Below, one piece after another: positions 22,039-33,201 of a DNA stretch of 64,000 nucleotides. The notes beneath the pieces are model-generated. The model had not been told where the DNA came from. It did not search any database and was given only the letters and a program-made list of their open reading frames with translations. Source of the stretch: an uncultured Candidatus Rokubacteria bacterium (lineage in GTDB: Bacteria; Methylomirabilota; Methylomirabilia; Rokubacteriales; CSP1-6); contig CAWBMV010000003.1 in NCBI GenBank assembly GCA_963789955.1, positions 1 to 64,000 on the forward strand, given 5' to 3'. The stretch's first letter is position 1; each line of letters starts with the position of its first letter. Made by a program: the position numbers and the translations under genes.

Positions 22039-22949
22039 TCAGCGCGTCGGCGCCGGGTGCGTGGCGGCCCAGTGCTTGGCGATGTCGAGGCGGCGCGTGA
22101 ACCACACCCCGTTGTGCTTCGTGATGTAGTCGAGCGCGCGCTCGAGCCCGGCGGCGCGCGACGGATGGCCGATGAGCCTCAAGTGCAGGCCGAGCGACAT
22201 CATCTTGGGCTGCGTGCGGCCCTCGCGGTAGAGCACGTCGAAGCCGTCCCTCACGAACGTGAAGTAGTCGTCGGCGGTGAAGAAGCCGCCCCGGCCGAAC
22301 TTCGAATCGTTGGCGGTGAGGCTGTACGGAACGACCAGATGCGGGCGGTCGTTCACCCGAAGCCAGTACGGCAGCTCGTCGTTGTAGGCGTCCGAATCGT
22401 AGAGAAAGCCGCCCTCCTCGACCAGAAGGCGCCGTGTGTTCACGCTGGGCCCGGAGCGGCAGTACCAGCCGAGCGGCCGCTCGCCGACGGTCTTCTTCAT
22501 CGACTCGACCGCCATGCGGATGTGCTCGCGCTCCTGCGCCTCGGTGAGCTCCCAGTGCTTGATCCAGCGCCAGCCGTGCGAGCAGACGTCGAAGCCGGCC
22601 TCGCGGACGCCGCAGCGACCGCCGGGTTGCGCTCGAGGGCCAGCGCGCAGCCGAACACCGTCATCGGCAGCCCGCGCTCCTTGAAGATCCGTAGCACGCG
22701 CCAGAAGCCGACGCGGCTGCCGTACTCGAATAGCCCCTCGGCCGCGAGATCGCGGCCCTGCACTCCGGAGTCGGCGCCGCCGGCTTCGGTCAACGTGGCC
22801 TCGGAGAAGCCGTCGTCGTGCACGTTGTATTCGGAGCCTTCCTCGTAGTTCATGACGAAGTTCACGGCGATCCGCGCCTCGCCCGGCCAGTGGGGATGGG
22901 GAGGATTGCCGCCGTAGCCGATCAGGTCGCGCGGGTAGGGAGTGGACAT
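22039..22949 (-). CDS. puuE: Allantoinase PuuE-like polysaccharide-deacetylase-fold protein (frameshift near 22610)
   Basis: YPRDLIGYG, NYEEGSE, EYGSRVGFWR, YDSDAYNDELPYW, GLHLRLIG. Confidence 0.8.
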
Positions 22950-22992
22950 TGGCGGGATTCTAGAACATCTTCACCCTCAGGAGGGTAGCCCG

Positions 22993-24136
22993 ATGGCGCC
23001 GGCCGTGATTCTCTCGTCTGACTCCCACGTTTTCGAGCCGCCGGATCTGTGGATGAAGCGCATCGACCCGGCCTTTCGCGACCGGGCCCCCCGGATCCAG
23101 CGCATCGACGGCGCCGACCAGATCGTGGTCGAGGCGGACCAGGTTCTCTCGGGCATCGGGCTCATCTCCAACGCCGGCGCCAGGTTCGACGCGCCCGAGA
23201 CCATTTCCGGACAGGGACGTTTCGAGGACGTGCCGCGCGGCGGCTACGATCCCGAGCAGCACCTGGCCGACATGCGGCTCGACGGCGTGGCGGGCGAAGT
23301 GCTCTATCCCTCCCAGGGCCTCTTCTACTTCCGGGTGTCGGACACGCCGCTGATGTCGGCGATCTTCCGCGCCTACAACGACTGGCTCGCCGAGTTCTGC
23401 GCCACCGACCGCGCGCGGCTCAAGGGCATCGCGATGGTCAATCTGGACGACGTCCAGGACGGCATCCGCGAGCTCGAGCGCGCCGCGCGCCTCGGTCTAT
23501 CGGGCGCGATGATCACCGAGTACCCGCTGGAGCACCGGCGCTACGACCAGCCCGAGTACGAGCCGTTCTGGGCCGCCGCCGAGGCGCTCGGCATGCCGCT
23601 CAGCCTGCACACGGCCACCCGGCGGCAGGGGAAGATTCGCGGAGCGGGCGACAAGACCCTGCGCGACGCGAGCAGCCGTTCGACGAAGGCGTTCTACCCG
23701 GCGCTCTCGATGTGCGACATGATCTTCTCGGGCGTGTTCGAGCGCTATCCGCGGCTGACCGTGGCCATCGTCGAGTTCGAGCTCTCGTGGGCGCCGCACA
23801 TCCTGGTCGTCGATGGACTACACGTACCGCGAGCGCCACGGCGAGGCGATCTATCGCTTCAGGGACGGTATGCGTCCGAGCGACTTCTTCCATCGCAACG
23901 TCGTGCTGAGCTTCCAGGAGGACGCGATCGGCATTCGCCTTCGCGACGCGATCGGCGTGGACAACATGATGTGGGGCTCGGACTATCCGCACAGCGAATC
24001 CACGTTCCCGCAGTCGCGCAAGATCCTCGCCGAGATCCTGGCGGGCGTGCCGGACGACGAGCAGGCGAAGATCGTGGGCGGGAACACCGCGCGCGTGTAC
24101 GGCTTCGACGTCGCGAAGGTCGGCGCCAATGCTTGA
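22993..24136 (+). CDS. Amidohydrolase family protein (frameshift near 23810)
   Basis: SSDSHVFEP, YNDWLAEFC, SLH, MWGSDYPH. Confidence 0.88.
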
Positions 24137-25500
24137 AGAGCCGACGTCACTCCGGATCGAGGATCCCGGCGTGCGCGCCCTCTTCACCGAGGCCGCGCGC
24201 TTCCAGTCGTGGCTCGACGTCGAGGCGGCGCTGGCCCAGGCGCAGGCCGAGCTCGGCATCATTCCCGCGGCCGCCGCGCGCGAGATCGTCACCAAGGCGC
24301 AGCTGAAGTACCTCGATCTGGCCGCCGTGCGCGCCGGGCTCGCGAAGACCGGCCACCCACTGGTGCCGCTGGTCTGGGCGCTCGACCGCGCCTGCGACGG
24401 CGACGCCGGCGGCTACGTGCACTGGGGCGCCACCACGCAGAACATCACGCAGACCGGCCAGCTTCTCCAGGTGCGCCGGGCCCACGAGATCTTCCTGCGC
24501 CAGCTCGGGGCCGTGCTGACGCATCTCGCCGGCCTGGCGGAACGCACTAAGGACGCGCTGCTCCCGGGCCGCACGCACGGGCAGCACGCGGTGCCGGCGA
24601 CGTTCGGCTTCAAGGTGGCGGTGTGGATCGACGAGCTCTGTCGTCACGTCGAGCGCCTGCGCGCCTGCGAGGCGCGCGTCTTCGTCGCGATGCTCGGCGG
24701 CGGCGCCGGGACCTTGGCCTCGCTCGGCGAGCTGGGGCTCGCGACCCAGGAGAAGATGGCCGGCGCGGCTCGGCATGCGGCCGATGACCGTGCCGGCGCG
24801 CACGATCGGCGATCATCAAGCCGAGTACGTCACCGTGCTCGGCCTGCTCGCGGCCACCGCCGGCAAGATCGGGCGCGAGATCTACACCTTGATGAAGCAG
24901 GAGTTCGGCGAGGTCGAGGAGCCGGTGCCGCCCGGCACGGTCGGCAGCAGCACGATGCCGCAGAAGCGCAACCCGAAGCTCTCCCAGGACATCATCGCCG
25001 CGGCGGCGCAGATCCGCGCGCTCGTGCCGCTCGCGCTCGACGCGATGCAGACCGAGCACGAGGCCGACCGCACCACCAGCATCATGATGAGCCGCGCGCT
25101 GGTCCAGGCCTGCGAGCTCACGGGCGACATGCTCCAGCGGATGATCTCGCTCTTCGACGGGCTGCAGGTGTTCCCGGCGCGGATGCGCGAGAACCTCGAC
25201 CTCTCGGGCGGCCTGATCATGGCCGAGGCGCTCATGCTCGAGCTCGGCAAGCAGATCGGCCGGCAGCGGGCGCACGACGCCGTGTACGACGCCGCGCAGG
25301 GGTCCGTCACGCAGTCGCGCCCGTTCCGGGAGATCCTGGCCGAGGATCCCCACGTGAGCGCGAGGCTGACCTCGTCGCAGGTCGACGGGCTGCTCGATCC
25401 CGCGCGCTACACCGGGCTCTGCAGCCTGTTCGCCGAGCGGGGCGCCGCGCAGGCCCGCGAAGTGGCCGCGACGATCGGCCGGCGCGCCGGCCGCGGATAG
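24129..25500 (+). CDS. Adenylosuccinate lyase / 3-carboxy-cis,cis-muconate cycloisomerase family protein (frameshift near 24765)
   Basis: VHWGATTQN, GRTHGQHA, fumarate-lyase signature GSSTMPQKRNP. Confidence 0.88.
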
Positions 25501-25521
25501 CGCGCCCAGGCCGCGCCGGTC

Positions 25522-26487
25522 CTAGTGCGGCAGGCCGAGGACGATCTGCGCGTTGTGGTGAAGGATCTTGTCGACGTCCTCCGCCGGCAGGATCGACTCG
25601 CGGAGATAGAAGAAGTTCTGGCGATAGCTCTCGAACGCGAGCAGGACGGGGTAGTCGCTGCCGGCCACGAGGCGATCGGCGCCGAACGCCTTCCAGGCGC
25701 AGAGCAACGCGGCCTGCGAGCCATGGCCGACGATGTCGTAGAAGAACCGGCGCGCGGTCACGCTCGGGCGCTCCGGCAGGTTCGGGTGCTTCTGCGGCGC
25801 CTGATTGTCGAGGCGCTGGAGCAGCATCGGGATGATCCCGCCCAGATGCGGGACCACGTACTTGATGTTCGGGAAGCGCTCCGGGATGCGCCGCGCGATC
25901 AGGTGCAGGACGATCGCGGCGTCCTCGAGCGAGGCGCCGACGGAGACGGTGAAGCCGTAGTCGTTGATCATCGGCGAGCAGATGCCGTTCTGAATGGGGT
26001 GATAGTTCAGCACGGTCCGGCGCCGATTCATCTCCTGATAGAGCGGCTCGAACTCCGCCTCGGCGGTCGAGCGATCGAAGCACGAGCATGTCATCGACAC
26101 GCCGAGCATGCCGAGCTGATCGAGGCCGCGTTCCATCTCGCGCAGCGACGCGTCGATGTGGGGGAGCGGCAACGAGACGACCGCGTTGAAGCGGCCGGGA
26201 TATTTGCGGGCGAGATCCGCGTAGGCGTCGTTGATGAGTCGCGCCGCCGCGACGGCGTCAACTTCCTTCTCGGCGTAGGGCGGGCTCGCGGCGGGTGAGA
26301 GGACCTGGAGCTGGACCTCCGCCTCTTCCATCTGCTTCAAGCGTGTCGCGATGCCGGCCGGATCGTCGTTGCGCATCGGACGCGCCGTGCTCGGCCGGGC
26401 GGCTTCCGGCAGGCTGCGCCCGCCGATACGCACGAGGAGGTCGTTGTACTCCTTCGGGAAGTAGTGGGCGTGGATGTCGACGATCAT
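25522..26487 (-). CDS. Amidohydrolase family protein (ACMSD/decarboxylase-like)
   Basis: DIHAH, YHP, PHLGG, GSDYP. Confidence 0.88.
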   Translation of the reverse strand: MIVDIHAHYFPKEYNDLLVRIGGRSLPEAARPSTARPMRNDDPAGIATRLKQMEEAEVQLQVLSPAASPPYAEKEVDAVAAARLINDAYADLARKYPGRFNAVVSLPLPHIDASLREMERGLDQLGMLGVSMTCSCFDRSTAEAEFEPLYQEMNRRRTVLNYHPIQNGICSPMINDYGFTVSVGASLEDAAIVLHLIARRIPERFPNIKYVVPHLGGIIPMLLQRLDNQAPQKHPNLPERPSVTARRFFYDIVGHGSQAALLCAWKAFGADRLVAGSDYPVLLAFESYRQNFFYLRESILPAEDVDKILHHNAQIVLGLPH

Positions 26488-27255
26488 ACGGCGGTGTACC
26501 CGCCGTCGATGAGCAGGTCGCTGCCGGTCATGAACGCCGAGGCGTCGCTGGCCAGGTAGACCGCGGCGCGCGCGATCTCCACCGGCAGGCCGAGCCGGCC
26601 GAGCAGGTGCTTGGGACCCATATGCTTGCGCGCGTCGTCCATGTCCTTCCAGCGCCGCAGCATCCGCCGGGTCTCGATCGCGCCCGGCGAGATCGTGTTG
26701 GCGCGGATGCCCTGGGCAGCGTGGTCGGCGGCGAGCACCTTCGCGAGCTGGATCAGGGCGCCCTTGGTCGCGCAGTACGCCGGCCGTCCGGGCGAGGCGA
26801 CGCGGCCGAGTTGCGAGGCGATGAGGATGATGCTGCCGCCGCCCCGCGTGATCATGGCGGGGATCGCGGCCTTCACCATCAGGAACGCCCCCGTGAGATT
26901 GATGCGGATCACGCGGTCCCAGGCGGCCTCGTCCATCTCGAGCACGGTGGCGGTCCGGTCGCTGTCGGCCGCGCCGTACATCAGGACGTCGAGGCCGCCG
27001 AAGCGCTGGACCGTGGCGGCGACGGCGTCGCGGCAGCTGGCGCCCGTCGGTCACGTCGAGTCGCACCGGCAGCGCCTGGCCTCCGCCCGCCTCGATCTCG
27101 GCCGCGGTGGTCTTGGCGCCCGGTTCCTCGACATCGGCGCAGGCGACCTTGGCGCCGGCCGCCGCGTAGGCGAGCGCGGTCGCGCGCCCGATGCCGTTGG
27201 CGGCGCCGACGACGATCGCGATCTTCTTCTCGAGCGTGAACGCCGGATCGATCAT
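26484..27255 (-). CDS. Short-chain dehydrogenase/reductase (frameshift near 27045)
   Basis: GAANGIG, YCATK, TGSDLLIDGG. Confidence 0.88.
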
Positions 27256-27317
27256 GACGGCCTCCAGTCGCCACAGTGTACGATACGCGCAGCCATCTCG
27301 CCGGGGGGACGAACGCG

Positions 27318-28214
27318 ATGCTGCCAACACACGGACGCTACGAGTACTCGAATATCACGAAGCGACCCGACTACGCCTGGCCTGGTGGACGCCGCCTGGC
27401 CGTCTACGTCGCGCTCAACATCGAGGGATTCGCCTTCGGCGTGGGCAAGGGCGCCGCCATCGCGCCGCCGGATCAGGCGCAGAGCCACAGCGTCTACAGC
27501 TGGCGCGACTACGGCAACCGCGTCGGCATCTGGCGGCTCTTCGAGATGCTCGACGAGCTCGGGATTCCGGCGGAAGCGCAGATGAACACCGCGGTCTACG
27601 AGATGGCGCCGGACATCCCGGAAAAGCTGCGCGCGCGGGGCGACGAGATCCTCGGCCACGGTGTGACCAACTCCGACGAGCAGGGACATCTCGCCGAGGA
27701 CCAGGAGCGCGCGCTGATCGAGAACGTGACGGCCACGATCACGCTGCACGAGGGCGCGAAGCCGGTCGGCTGGATGAGCCCGTGGCTCTCGAACAGCACC
27801 GTCACGATGGATCTCTTGCAAGAGGCGGGCTACCGCTACGCGATGGACTGGACGATGGACGATCAGCCCGTGTGGATCAAGACGCGCAAGGGCCGCATCC
27901 TCGCGATGCCGTACCCGGTCGAGGTGAACGACACCCGTGGGATTGTCTGGTATCACTACACCGCGGACCAGTTCGCCGACATGATCGCGGACCAGTTCGA
28001 CGAGATGCTCGAGCAGTCGGCCCGCCAGCCGCTCGTGTGCCCGATCTCGCTGCATCCGTTCGTCACGGGGCGGCCCTACCGGATTCGCCGGCTGCGCCAG
28101 GCGTTCCAGCACATTCTCGGGCGGCCGGATCGCGTATGGCTGACGCGTCCGCGCGACATCTGCGCGCACGTCGAGTCACTGCCGGCCGGCGTCGTCCCTG
28201 GGAGCCGCGGCTAG
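27318..28214 (+). CDS. Polysaccharide deacetylase family protein (PuuE-like)
   Basis: WPGGRRLAV, WRDYGNRVGIWR, GHG, DDQP, LHPF. Confidence 0.88.
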   Translation: MLPTHGRYEYSNITKRPDYAWPGGRRLAVYVALNIEGFAFGVGKGAAIAPPDQAQSHSVYSWRDYGNRVGIWRLFEMLDELGIPAEAQMNTAVYEMAPDIPEKLRARGDEILGHGVTNSDEQGHLAEDQERALIENVTATITLHEGAKPVGWMSPWLSNSTVTMDLLQEAGYRYAMDWTMDDQPVWIKTRKGRILAMPYPVEVNDTRGIVWYHYTADQFADMIADQFDEMLEQSARQPLVCPISLHPFVTGRPYRIRRLRQAFQHILGRPDRVWLTRPRDICAHVESLPAGVVPGSRG

Positions 28215-29005
28215 GGCGTCGGCTTCTGGAAGTGAGGCAGCCCGGTGTGCGCGGTGAGGCCGCCGTCGGCGACGATGGCCGCACCGGTGATGAACGACGC
28301 CTCGTCGGAGGCCAGGAAGAGCACGGTGCTGGCGATCTCGTCGGCCTGGCCGACGCGGCCGATCGGATGGGCCTCGGCGTACACGCGCCGCAGCTCGTCG
28401 GCGCGGTCTCGTCCCAGGATCTGGGTGGCGCGCGTGTCGATGAACCCTGGGCACACGCAGTTGACGCGAATGTTGTGGCGCGCGTTCTCGATCGCCGCCG
28501 AGCGAGTCAGGTTGATCACGCCGGCCTTCGCCGCGTTGTAGGACGAGAGCCCATAGTCGGCGGCGGTCCCCGAGATCGACGCGGTGTTGACGATGACGCC
28601 CTTGCCCTGAGCGCGCATCACCGGCAGGCAGTGCTTCATGCCGAGGAACGCGCTGGTCAACGTGACGGCGATCACGCGGTTCCAGCTCTCGAGCGTGATC
28701 TCCTCGAGCGGGGCCGGCTCGGCCAGCCCCGCGTTGTTCATCATGACGTCGAGCCGGCCGAACGTGTCGAGCGCCAGCCGAATCGTCTGCTGCACCGCCG
28801 CGGAGTCCGACGCGTCCATCTTGAGGGCGGTGGCGCGCCCGCCGTCCTTCGTGATGCTCGACGCGATCGCCTCGGCGCGCGTCCCGCTCAGGTCGGCCAC
28901 GACCACGGCGGCGCCTTCTCCGGCGAAGCGCCGCGCGGTGGCGGCGCCGATGCCGGAGCCGCCCGCGGTGACGATCGCGACCTGACCCGTGAATCGACCG
29001 GACAT
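28211..29005 (-). CDS. Short-chain dehydrogenase/reductase
   Basis: TAGGSGIG, NNAG, YNAAK. Confidence 0.92.
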   Translation of the reverse strand: MSGRFTGQVAIVTAGGSGIGAATARRFAGEGAAVVVADLSGTRAEAIASSITKDGGRATALKMDASDSAAVQQTIRLALDTFGRLDVMMNNAGLAEPAPLEEITLESWNRVIAVTLTSAFLGMKHCLPVMRAQGKGVIVNTASISGTAADYGLSSYNAAKAGVINLTRSAAIENARHNIRVNCVCPGFIDTRATQILGRDRADELRRVYAEAHPIGRVGQADEIASTVLFLASDEASFITGAAIVADGGLTAHTGLPHFQKPTP

Positions 29006-29014
29006 GCGCGAGCG

Positions 29015-30104
29015 CTAGACGACCCGGTGGCGACGCACGGCCGCCTCGTCGAGCTCGAGCCCGAGACCGGGCCCTTGCGGCGCGACGAGCTCGCCGTTCT
29101 CGATCCGCGGCATCGCTCTGAGGATGCCGGCCGAGCGAGGCACGTACTCGACCATGTGTCCGTTGGCGACGGCGGACAGCAGATGCACTTGAATCTCCGG
29201 GACCACGTGGCCGCACACCGGGTACCCGATGCGCCTGCGCGAGCCCGGCGATCTTCCGCCAGGGCGTGACGCCGCCGACCCGGGCCAGGTCGAGGATGAC
29301 GAAGTCGACGGCGCGCGCCTGCAGCAAGGTGCGAAACGCGTCGAGATGATAGAGATGCTCCCCGGCGGCGATCGGCACTTCGAGCCGGCGGCGAAGATCG
29401 GCGAGTCCGGCCACGTCGGAGTGGTGAACCGGATCCTCCAGCCACGCGATGCCGGCGTCCTGCAGGATGCGACCCGTCCGTCGCGCTCGGGCCAGCGACC
29501 AGCTCTCGACGGCGTCGACCATGATGCGAACGTCCGGCCCGACGGCGTCGCGCACGGCCTGCACGCGGCGAGCCTCCATCTCGGGAGCGGCTTCTTTGCC
29601 GATCCGCAGCTTCACCGCGCTGAATCCGTTGGCCACGTGCTGCTTCGCGGAGGCGGCGAGCTCGCTCGGGGAGAGACTGACCCACAGGCCGTCGCTCGCG
29701 TACGTCGGGAGCCGATCGCGAAAGCCCCCGAGGAACCGATGCAGCGGCTGACCCAAGGTCTTGCCGTTGGCGTCCCAGACCGCGATGTCGAGCGGCGCGA
29801 GCGCGCAGTGCAGCAGCCCGCCCGGGCCCACCCAGTCGCCGCGCCGCGCGAGCTTTTCCCAGGCCGCCTCCGGCTCGAGCACGCTCATGCCGATCAGATG
29901 CTCACCGAGCTCGCGCGCCGCGGACCCGATCGTCGTCATCAGATCGGGGCGCGGGTAGACGATGTAGCCGATGCCCTCGACTCCGTCCGTCGTGGTGACG
30001 CGGGCCAGCACGTGCCAGTTCGCGTCGACCGCGCGGCCGCCGGCGGTGTAGGGACGCTCGACCGGAACCCGAACCACCTCGACCGCGACCTGCGAGATCT
30101 TCAG
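29015..30104 (-). CDS. Mandelate racemase/muconate lactonizing enzyme family protein (CTG start; frameshift near 29225)
   Basis: DIAVWD, KLR, MVDA, WLEDP, GEH, GGVT. Confidence 0.85.
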
Positions 30105-30115
30105 GGTGTCCGTCC

Positions 30116-30745
30116 TCAGAGCGAGAGAACGCGCTCGCTGACGATGTAGCGCTTGTTGAAGGTGTACGGCCGCACTTCCGGCTTCCAGCGTCCGATGTCC
30201 GAGGTGTCGTTCCAGAGCTTCGACATCGGCAAAGTCGTGTTTTCGACCTCGTATGCGCAAAGATAGCGAGGCTCCCCGGCATCGGACGTCCGGTAGCGCA
30301 CCGCGTTGACGGACCCGGGCAGCTTGAGCAGGAGCGGGAGGTGCTCGTTGTCGTACAGGTCGTTGAAGAGGGCTTCGCGATGACGCTCGATGTCCATCAT
30401 GACCCAGAAGACGTACGGTGTTTTCCCGGTCAGCGCGGAGTTGCCGCCGACCCACTCGTACTTGGTCAGATGGCGGTTCATGGTGTGCGGACGGATCTCG
30501 CCGGGCCACCGGCCCGCCTCCCCGGCCTTCTTCCACGCGGCGCTGTCCATGACGTTGAGCCCGTCGAGCTCGTAGGCGGCGAGATAGCGCGGCTCGGTCG
30601 GCGACGGCTGACGATAGCGCGCCGCGCGGCGCACGCCGGGCACGCCGCGCAGGTTCGGGGCGTGCTCGCGATCATAGACCTCGTTGAAGGTGGCCTCGTG
30701 GTCGTGGGCGACATCCATCCGGACGAGGAACAGCGCGTGGCTCAT
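30116..30745 (-). CDS. Hypothetical protein with two tandem EthD/DUF4286-like domains
   Basis: Two internal copies of MD..HE..FN..YD.EH.P....PG...A.RYR....EPRYL.AYE....W....GRW..E.RP.T.N. Confidence 0.75.
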   Translation of the reverse strand: MSHALFLVRMDVAHDHEATFNEVYDREHAPNLRGVPGVRRAARYRQPSPTEPRYLAAYELDGLNVMDSAAWKKAGEAGRWPGEIRPHTMNRHLTKYEWVGGNSALTGKTPYVFWVMMDIERHREALFNDLYDNEHLPLLLKLPGSVNAVRYRTSDAGEPRYLCAYEVENTTLPMSKLWNDTSDIGRWKPEVRPYTFNKRYIVSERVLSL

Positions 30746-30787
30746 GGGATCCTCCTGGCGCGCTAGCATAGCTCCGGGGAGGCGGCG

Positions 30788-31690
30788 GTGACCAGGGTGG
30801 TGTGCGTGCTCGTCGCAGCGGCGTTGGGATTCGCCGTCGCGGTGGAGGCCCAGACGCTCGAGCCGAGGGCGTTCTCCAACTCGCCCGTCGGCTTGAACTT
30901 TCTCGTCGTCGGATATGCCTACTCGCATGGCGAGGTGGCCTTCGACTCGGCCGTGCCGATCAAGGATGCCTCGCTCACGACGCACAGCACTTTCCTGGGC
31001 TACGGCCACGTGTTCGACCTGTGGGGCCGCACCGCCCAGCTCGACGTGGCGCTGCCGTACGCGTGGGTATCGGGAAGCGCCGTGATCAAGGGAAAGATGG
31101 AGGAGACGGCCATCTCCGGGCTCGGCGATCCGCAAATGCGCGCCTCGGTGCTCCTGTATGGCGGGCCCGCGCTGCCGGCAGCGGAGTTCAGTAACTACGA
31201 GCCGGACGTCTTGGTCGGAGTGGCCCTGGCCGTGACCGCGCCGCTCGGCCAGTACGACTCGGATCGGCTCGTGAACGTCGGTACCAACCGCTGGTCCTTC
31301 AGGCCCGAGCTCGGTCTCTCCAAGACGTTCGGCCCGATCACCCTGGAGCTGATCCCGAGTGTCACGTTGTACACGAACAACACCGACTTTCTGGGACACA
31401 CCCTCGAGAAGGAGCCGGTCTACGCCCTACAGGGCCACGTCGTCTACCACACGCGCATCGGCTTCTGGATGGCGCTGGATGGGATCTACTACACGGGCGG
31501 GCGCGAGACCATCGACGGCAAGACGGGCTCGGAGCCGGCGCACTCGCGCCTCGGGGCGACGATCGCGATCCCGATCGACCGCTACAACTCGGTGAAGCTC
31601 TATGGGAGCGTGGGCGCGAGCCCCCGCTTCGGCGGCGACTTCTACACCGCCGGCATTGCCTGGCAGGTTCGCTGGGGCGGCGGGTACTAG
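30788..31690 (+). CDS. Putative outer-membrane beta-barrel 'transporter' (MetA-pathway/SphA-like)
   Basis: Signal peptide, LEPRAFSNSPVG, GLGDP, PLGQYD, GTNRW, C-terminal WQVRWGGGY. Confidence 0.78.
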   Translation: MTRVVCVLVAAALGFAVAVEAQTLEPRAFSNSPVGLNFLVVGYAYSHGEVAFDSAVPIKDASLTTHSTFLGYGHVFDLWGRTAQLDVALPYAWVSGSAVIKGKMEETAISGLGDPQMRASVLLYGGPALPAAEFSNYEPDVLVGVALAVTAPLGQYDSDRLVNVGTNRWSFRPELGLSKTFGPITLELIPSVTLYTNNTDFLGHTLEKEPVYALQGHVVYHTRIGFWMALDGIYYTGGRETIDGKTGSEPAHSRLGATIAIPIDRYNSVKLYGSVGASPRFGGDFYTAGIAWQVRWGGGY

Positions 31691-31692
31691 CC

Positions 31693-32823
31693 CTAGCTCG
31701 CCCAGGGCAAGACGAGCGGCTTGATCTCGCGAAACGCCCGCATGTTCTGGATCGCGTCGTTGATGCGATCCAGGGGATAGCGCGTGGTCAGCATCGCCTC
31801 GAAGTCGTAGCGTGAGGCCGTGCGGCGCACGAACTCGAGGGCCTTCCAGAACTGGCCGATGTCGGCCGACTGCACGCCGAGGATCGTCGCCCCCTTGCGG
31901 ACGAAGAGCGCAGCCTGCACGGGTGTGAGCGGGCCGCCGAGCTGGCCGACGACCGCGTAGCGGCCGCCCGGGCGAAGGAAGTCGAGGCCCTCGGCGAACG
32001 CGTACGGGGCGCCGGACAGCTCGAAGACCACGTCGGCCCCGAGCCCACCGGTGAGCTCGCGCACGCGAGCCAGGCGCGCCTCCGCTGTCGGAAGCTCCTC
32101 GACCGACACGACACCGGACGCGCCCCAGCGCTTCGCCAGATCGAGCCGTCGCTCTGGCGCGCCGACCACGATGAGCTCGTTCACCCCGGCGTGGTTCGCC
32201 ACCGCCGCCGCGAAGAGTCCGAGCGGGCCCGCGCCCTGGATGACGACGCGCTGGTGCGGCTCGATGCGGCCGACCCGGTCGAACGCGTGGATGACGGTGC
32301 GCAGGGCGCAGCTCGCCGCCGAGGCGACGCCGTCAGGCACTCCGTCCGGGATGCGCACGCGCCCGGAGGGCGGGAACACGTAGCAGTACTGCGCGAAGCC
32401 GCCTACCAGATACGGAAAGCGCTCGCAGTTGGTCCGCATGTACTGCTTCTTGCGGCGGCAGAGCGTCGGCGTGTGCTGCACGCGGCATTCGTGACACTGG
32501 CCGCAGTACACGTGGGTCCACAGGAGACGATCGCCTTCCTTCAGCGGCTGCCCGATCGAGTCCTCGCGCGGGCCCGGGCCGAACGCGACCACCGTACCCA
32601 TCATTTCGTGACCGAGCACGATCGGCAGCTGCGCCGGCGCCAGGGCCTGGGTCATGCCGTCCCACTGGTGGACGTCCGAGCCGCAGATCGACGCGACGTC
32701 CACCCGGACCAGCAGCGATCCGGGCTCGAGCTCGTCTTCCCTCGGTATCGGAAGCTCGCGGATCTCGATCGGCTTGCCGTACTCGGCGACGACAGCGGCG
32801 CGCGCGGTCTTGGGCAGGCTCAT
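31693..32823 (-). CDS. Zinc-binding alcohol dehydrogenase family protein
   Basis: ICGSD, GHE, structural zinc CGQCHEC..C, GAGPLG. Confidence 0.92.
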   Translation of the reverse strand: MSLPKTARAAVVAEYGKPIEIRELPIPREDELEPGSLLVRVDVASICGSDVHQWDGMTQALAPAQLPIVLGHEMMGTVVAFGPGPREDSIGQPLKEGDRLLWTHVYCGQCHECRVQHTPTLCRRKKQYMRTNCERFPYLVGGFAQYCYVFPPSGRVRIPDGVPDGVASAASCALRTVIHAFDRVGRIEPHQRVVIQGAGPLGLFAAAVANHAGVNELIVVGAPERRLDLAKRWGASGVVSVEELPTAEARLARVRELTGGLGADVVFELSGAPYAFAEGLDFLRPGGRYAVVGQLGGPLTPVQAALFVRKGATILGVQSADIGQFWKALEFVRRTASRYDFEAMLTTRYPLDRINDAIQNMRAFREIKPLVLPWAS

Positions 32824-32847
32824 GGGGGACCCTCCTCCGATTGGAAG

Positions 32848-32894
32848 CGCGCCTCGGCCGGCGGGGCCCCAGCCCCGCGACGGCCTGCAGCGCG
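32848..32894. repeat. 47-bp palindromic intergenic repeat, copy 1 (REP-like)
   Basis: cgcgcctcggccggcggggccccagccccgcgacggcctgcagcgcg, identical to 53136-53182. Confidence 0.85.
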
Positions 32895-32958
32895 CACTGC
32901 GGCAGCCGCGAGTATACCGATGTTCGCTAACCGCGATGCGATTCGGTAGGATGGCGAC

Positions 32959-33150
32959 ATGGCCCAGGCCCCGACGAGCGAGTGCAAGCACGGATTGAAG
33001 CACGGGTGCGCGTACTGCCACGTGATGAAGCCGCTCCCGACCACGCCCGCCCCGTCCAAGAAGAAGACGCGCGGTTCGGCGCTGTCCGAGAAGATGAACG
33101 ACCGGATGACGGCCCTGAAGCGCCGCCTGCGCGAGATCCGAGGCGAATAG
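32959..33150 (+). CDS. Small hypothetical Cys/His-rich protein (63 aa)
   Basis: CKHGLKHGCAYCH followed by a basic helix; AGGA upstream; host-like codon usage. Confidence 0.65.
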   Translation: MAQAPTSECKHGLKHGCAYCHVMKPLPTTPAPSKKKTRGSALSEKMNDRMTALKRRLREIRGE

Positions 33151-33201
33151 ACGCGCACCGCCCGAGCGCCGGTCCGCGCGGCCAGGAGAGCGTCCCGCCG
33201 G

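Noticed and set aside
8485..30536. Long overlapping or antisense ORFs such as 27191-29269, 28176-30536 and the N-terminal extension of 8485-10458
   Set aside because: Arg/Gly/Ala-rich shadow frames typical of high-GC DNA, overlapping well-supported genes.
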